This document shows, in pieces, positions 62,899-64,000 of a DNA stretch of 64,000 nt. A program made the translations under genes and the position numbers. Under the pieces are notes generated by a model, which was not told where the DNA came from, searched no databases, and was given only the letters and a program-made list of their open reading frames with translations. Each line of letters begins with the position of its first letter. Position 1 is the stretch's first letter. The DNA lies in the NCBI RefSeq assembly GCF_006345805.1, contig NC_043016.1, positions 25,730,001 through 25,794,000 on the forward strand. Reading direction: 5' to 3'. This DNA comes from Octopus sinensis (taxonomy: Eukaryota).

Positions 62899-63092
62899 TT
62901 ATAATTTAAGGTATCTAAGAGATACCACCATGCTGAAAATAGCAGTCAAAACTTGGGTGCTATTTTCAGCGTGGTGGTATCTCTTAGATACCCTAAATTA
63001 TAATTTTAATAATAATTATTACCTTTGAAGGTTTTTATTCTCATGCTGGCCACTTGATAAGATCGATATTTAAATTAACAATCTTATCCTTA
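62899..63092. mobile_element. Unclassified repeat X (copy 2) with a 46-bp fold-back
   Basis: Arms 62899-62944 and 62958-63003 (2 mismatches), then a forward extension shared with 20308-20405. Confidence 0.75.
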
Positions 63093-63123
<31 letters not shown>

Positions 63124-64000
63124 CAACACACACACACACACATATGTATATATAGGCTTATACATGGTTCTACAATAAAGAAGATCCCTTCCTATTAAAA
63201 TGGTTTCGGTTTCTTCAGAAAATGTCATTTACTATGGCCACCAGCCAACCAATATTTTGTGAGTAGAATCGGTTGATGGAAACTCTCTGGAAGTCTATTG
63301 AGAGAGAGAGACTGTGTGTTGTGCATGTGCATGCATGTACACACATAGATTTTTTTGTTTGTCTCTCATTTCTTGACAACTGTTGGTTTGTTTACATCCT
63401 CAGGAAAAAAAAAATCTCTTTAGAATTAGTGCCAGACTAAAGTAAGTACTGGAGTGGTTTAATTGACTGAACACTTGAAGACACAGTCCAATAATTGAAA
63501 CAAGTAAAAATGTATGATACATACAAACATACTTAGGTATATATACACACATATACATGTGTACGATGTAGTACCATCGCTAGTATGATGGACATCATTC
63601 TGTAGAACATTATCCTTGCCAGGTGTCCTAAACAGCTGTCCCTTCCATTACCAGATTTCCTCTGCTTCTCTCATTGCCAATCCATTCCACACGTACACCC
63701 TCAACCTCTCTCTCTCTCTCTCTCCCCTTGTACTTCCTTCTGCCCTACACTTCATCTCCACTGCCTTTGCTGAGTTTACTCCCATTTATTTTTGCATACT
63801 ATACTAAACCTCCTTCCCTACCCTATTAAATTCTTCATACTCTTGTCTTTTTTTTCTGCACACCCACTTCCAACTACAACCCTCTTTTCTCCTTCTATCT
63901 ATCTATCTCCACACACAGAGAAAGTTCTTTCCCTCTTCTATATTTCTGCTATTAAAATGCTTCAGTGGTGTTGTGTTGTTGGAGTAAGTACACACACACA

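Overview
AT-rich, microsatellite- and SINE-saturated animal DNA. The repeat families suggest an octopus or other coleoid cephalopod, which is an inference. One host coding region is supportable: an uninterrupted Sprouty CDS (46224-47243, +) preceded by a clear splice acceptor; its upstream exon(s) and promoter were not located. The rest is repeats: at least four tRNA-headed or RTE-tailed SINE-like families (my labels A-D), TTAA-flanked MITEs, non-autonomous Helitrons, and decayed Tc1/mariner, RTE and L1/Tx1 fragments. The most notable unexplained structure is a set of fold-back (inverted-duplicate) elements. Several carry minimal type I hammerhead-ribozyme-like folds typical of Penelope-like retroelement termini, and one is joined to a tRNA-like Pol III head. 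Repeat boundaries are read by eye and approximate unless exact TSD or arm coordinates are given.
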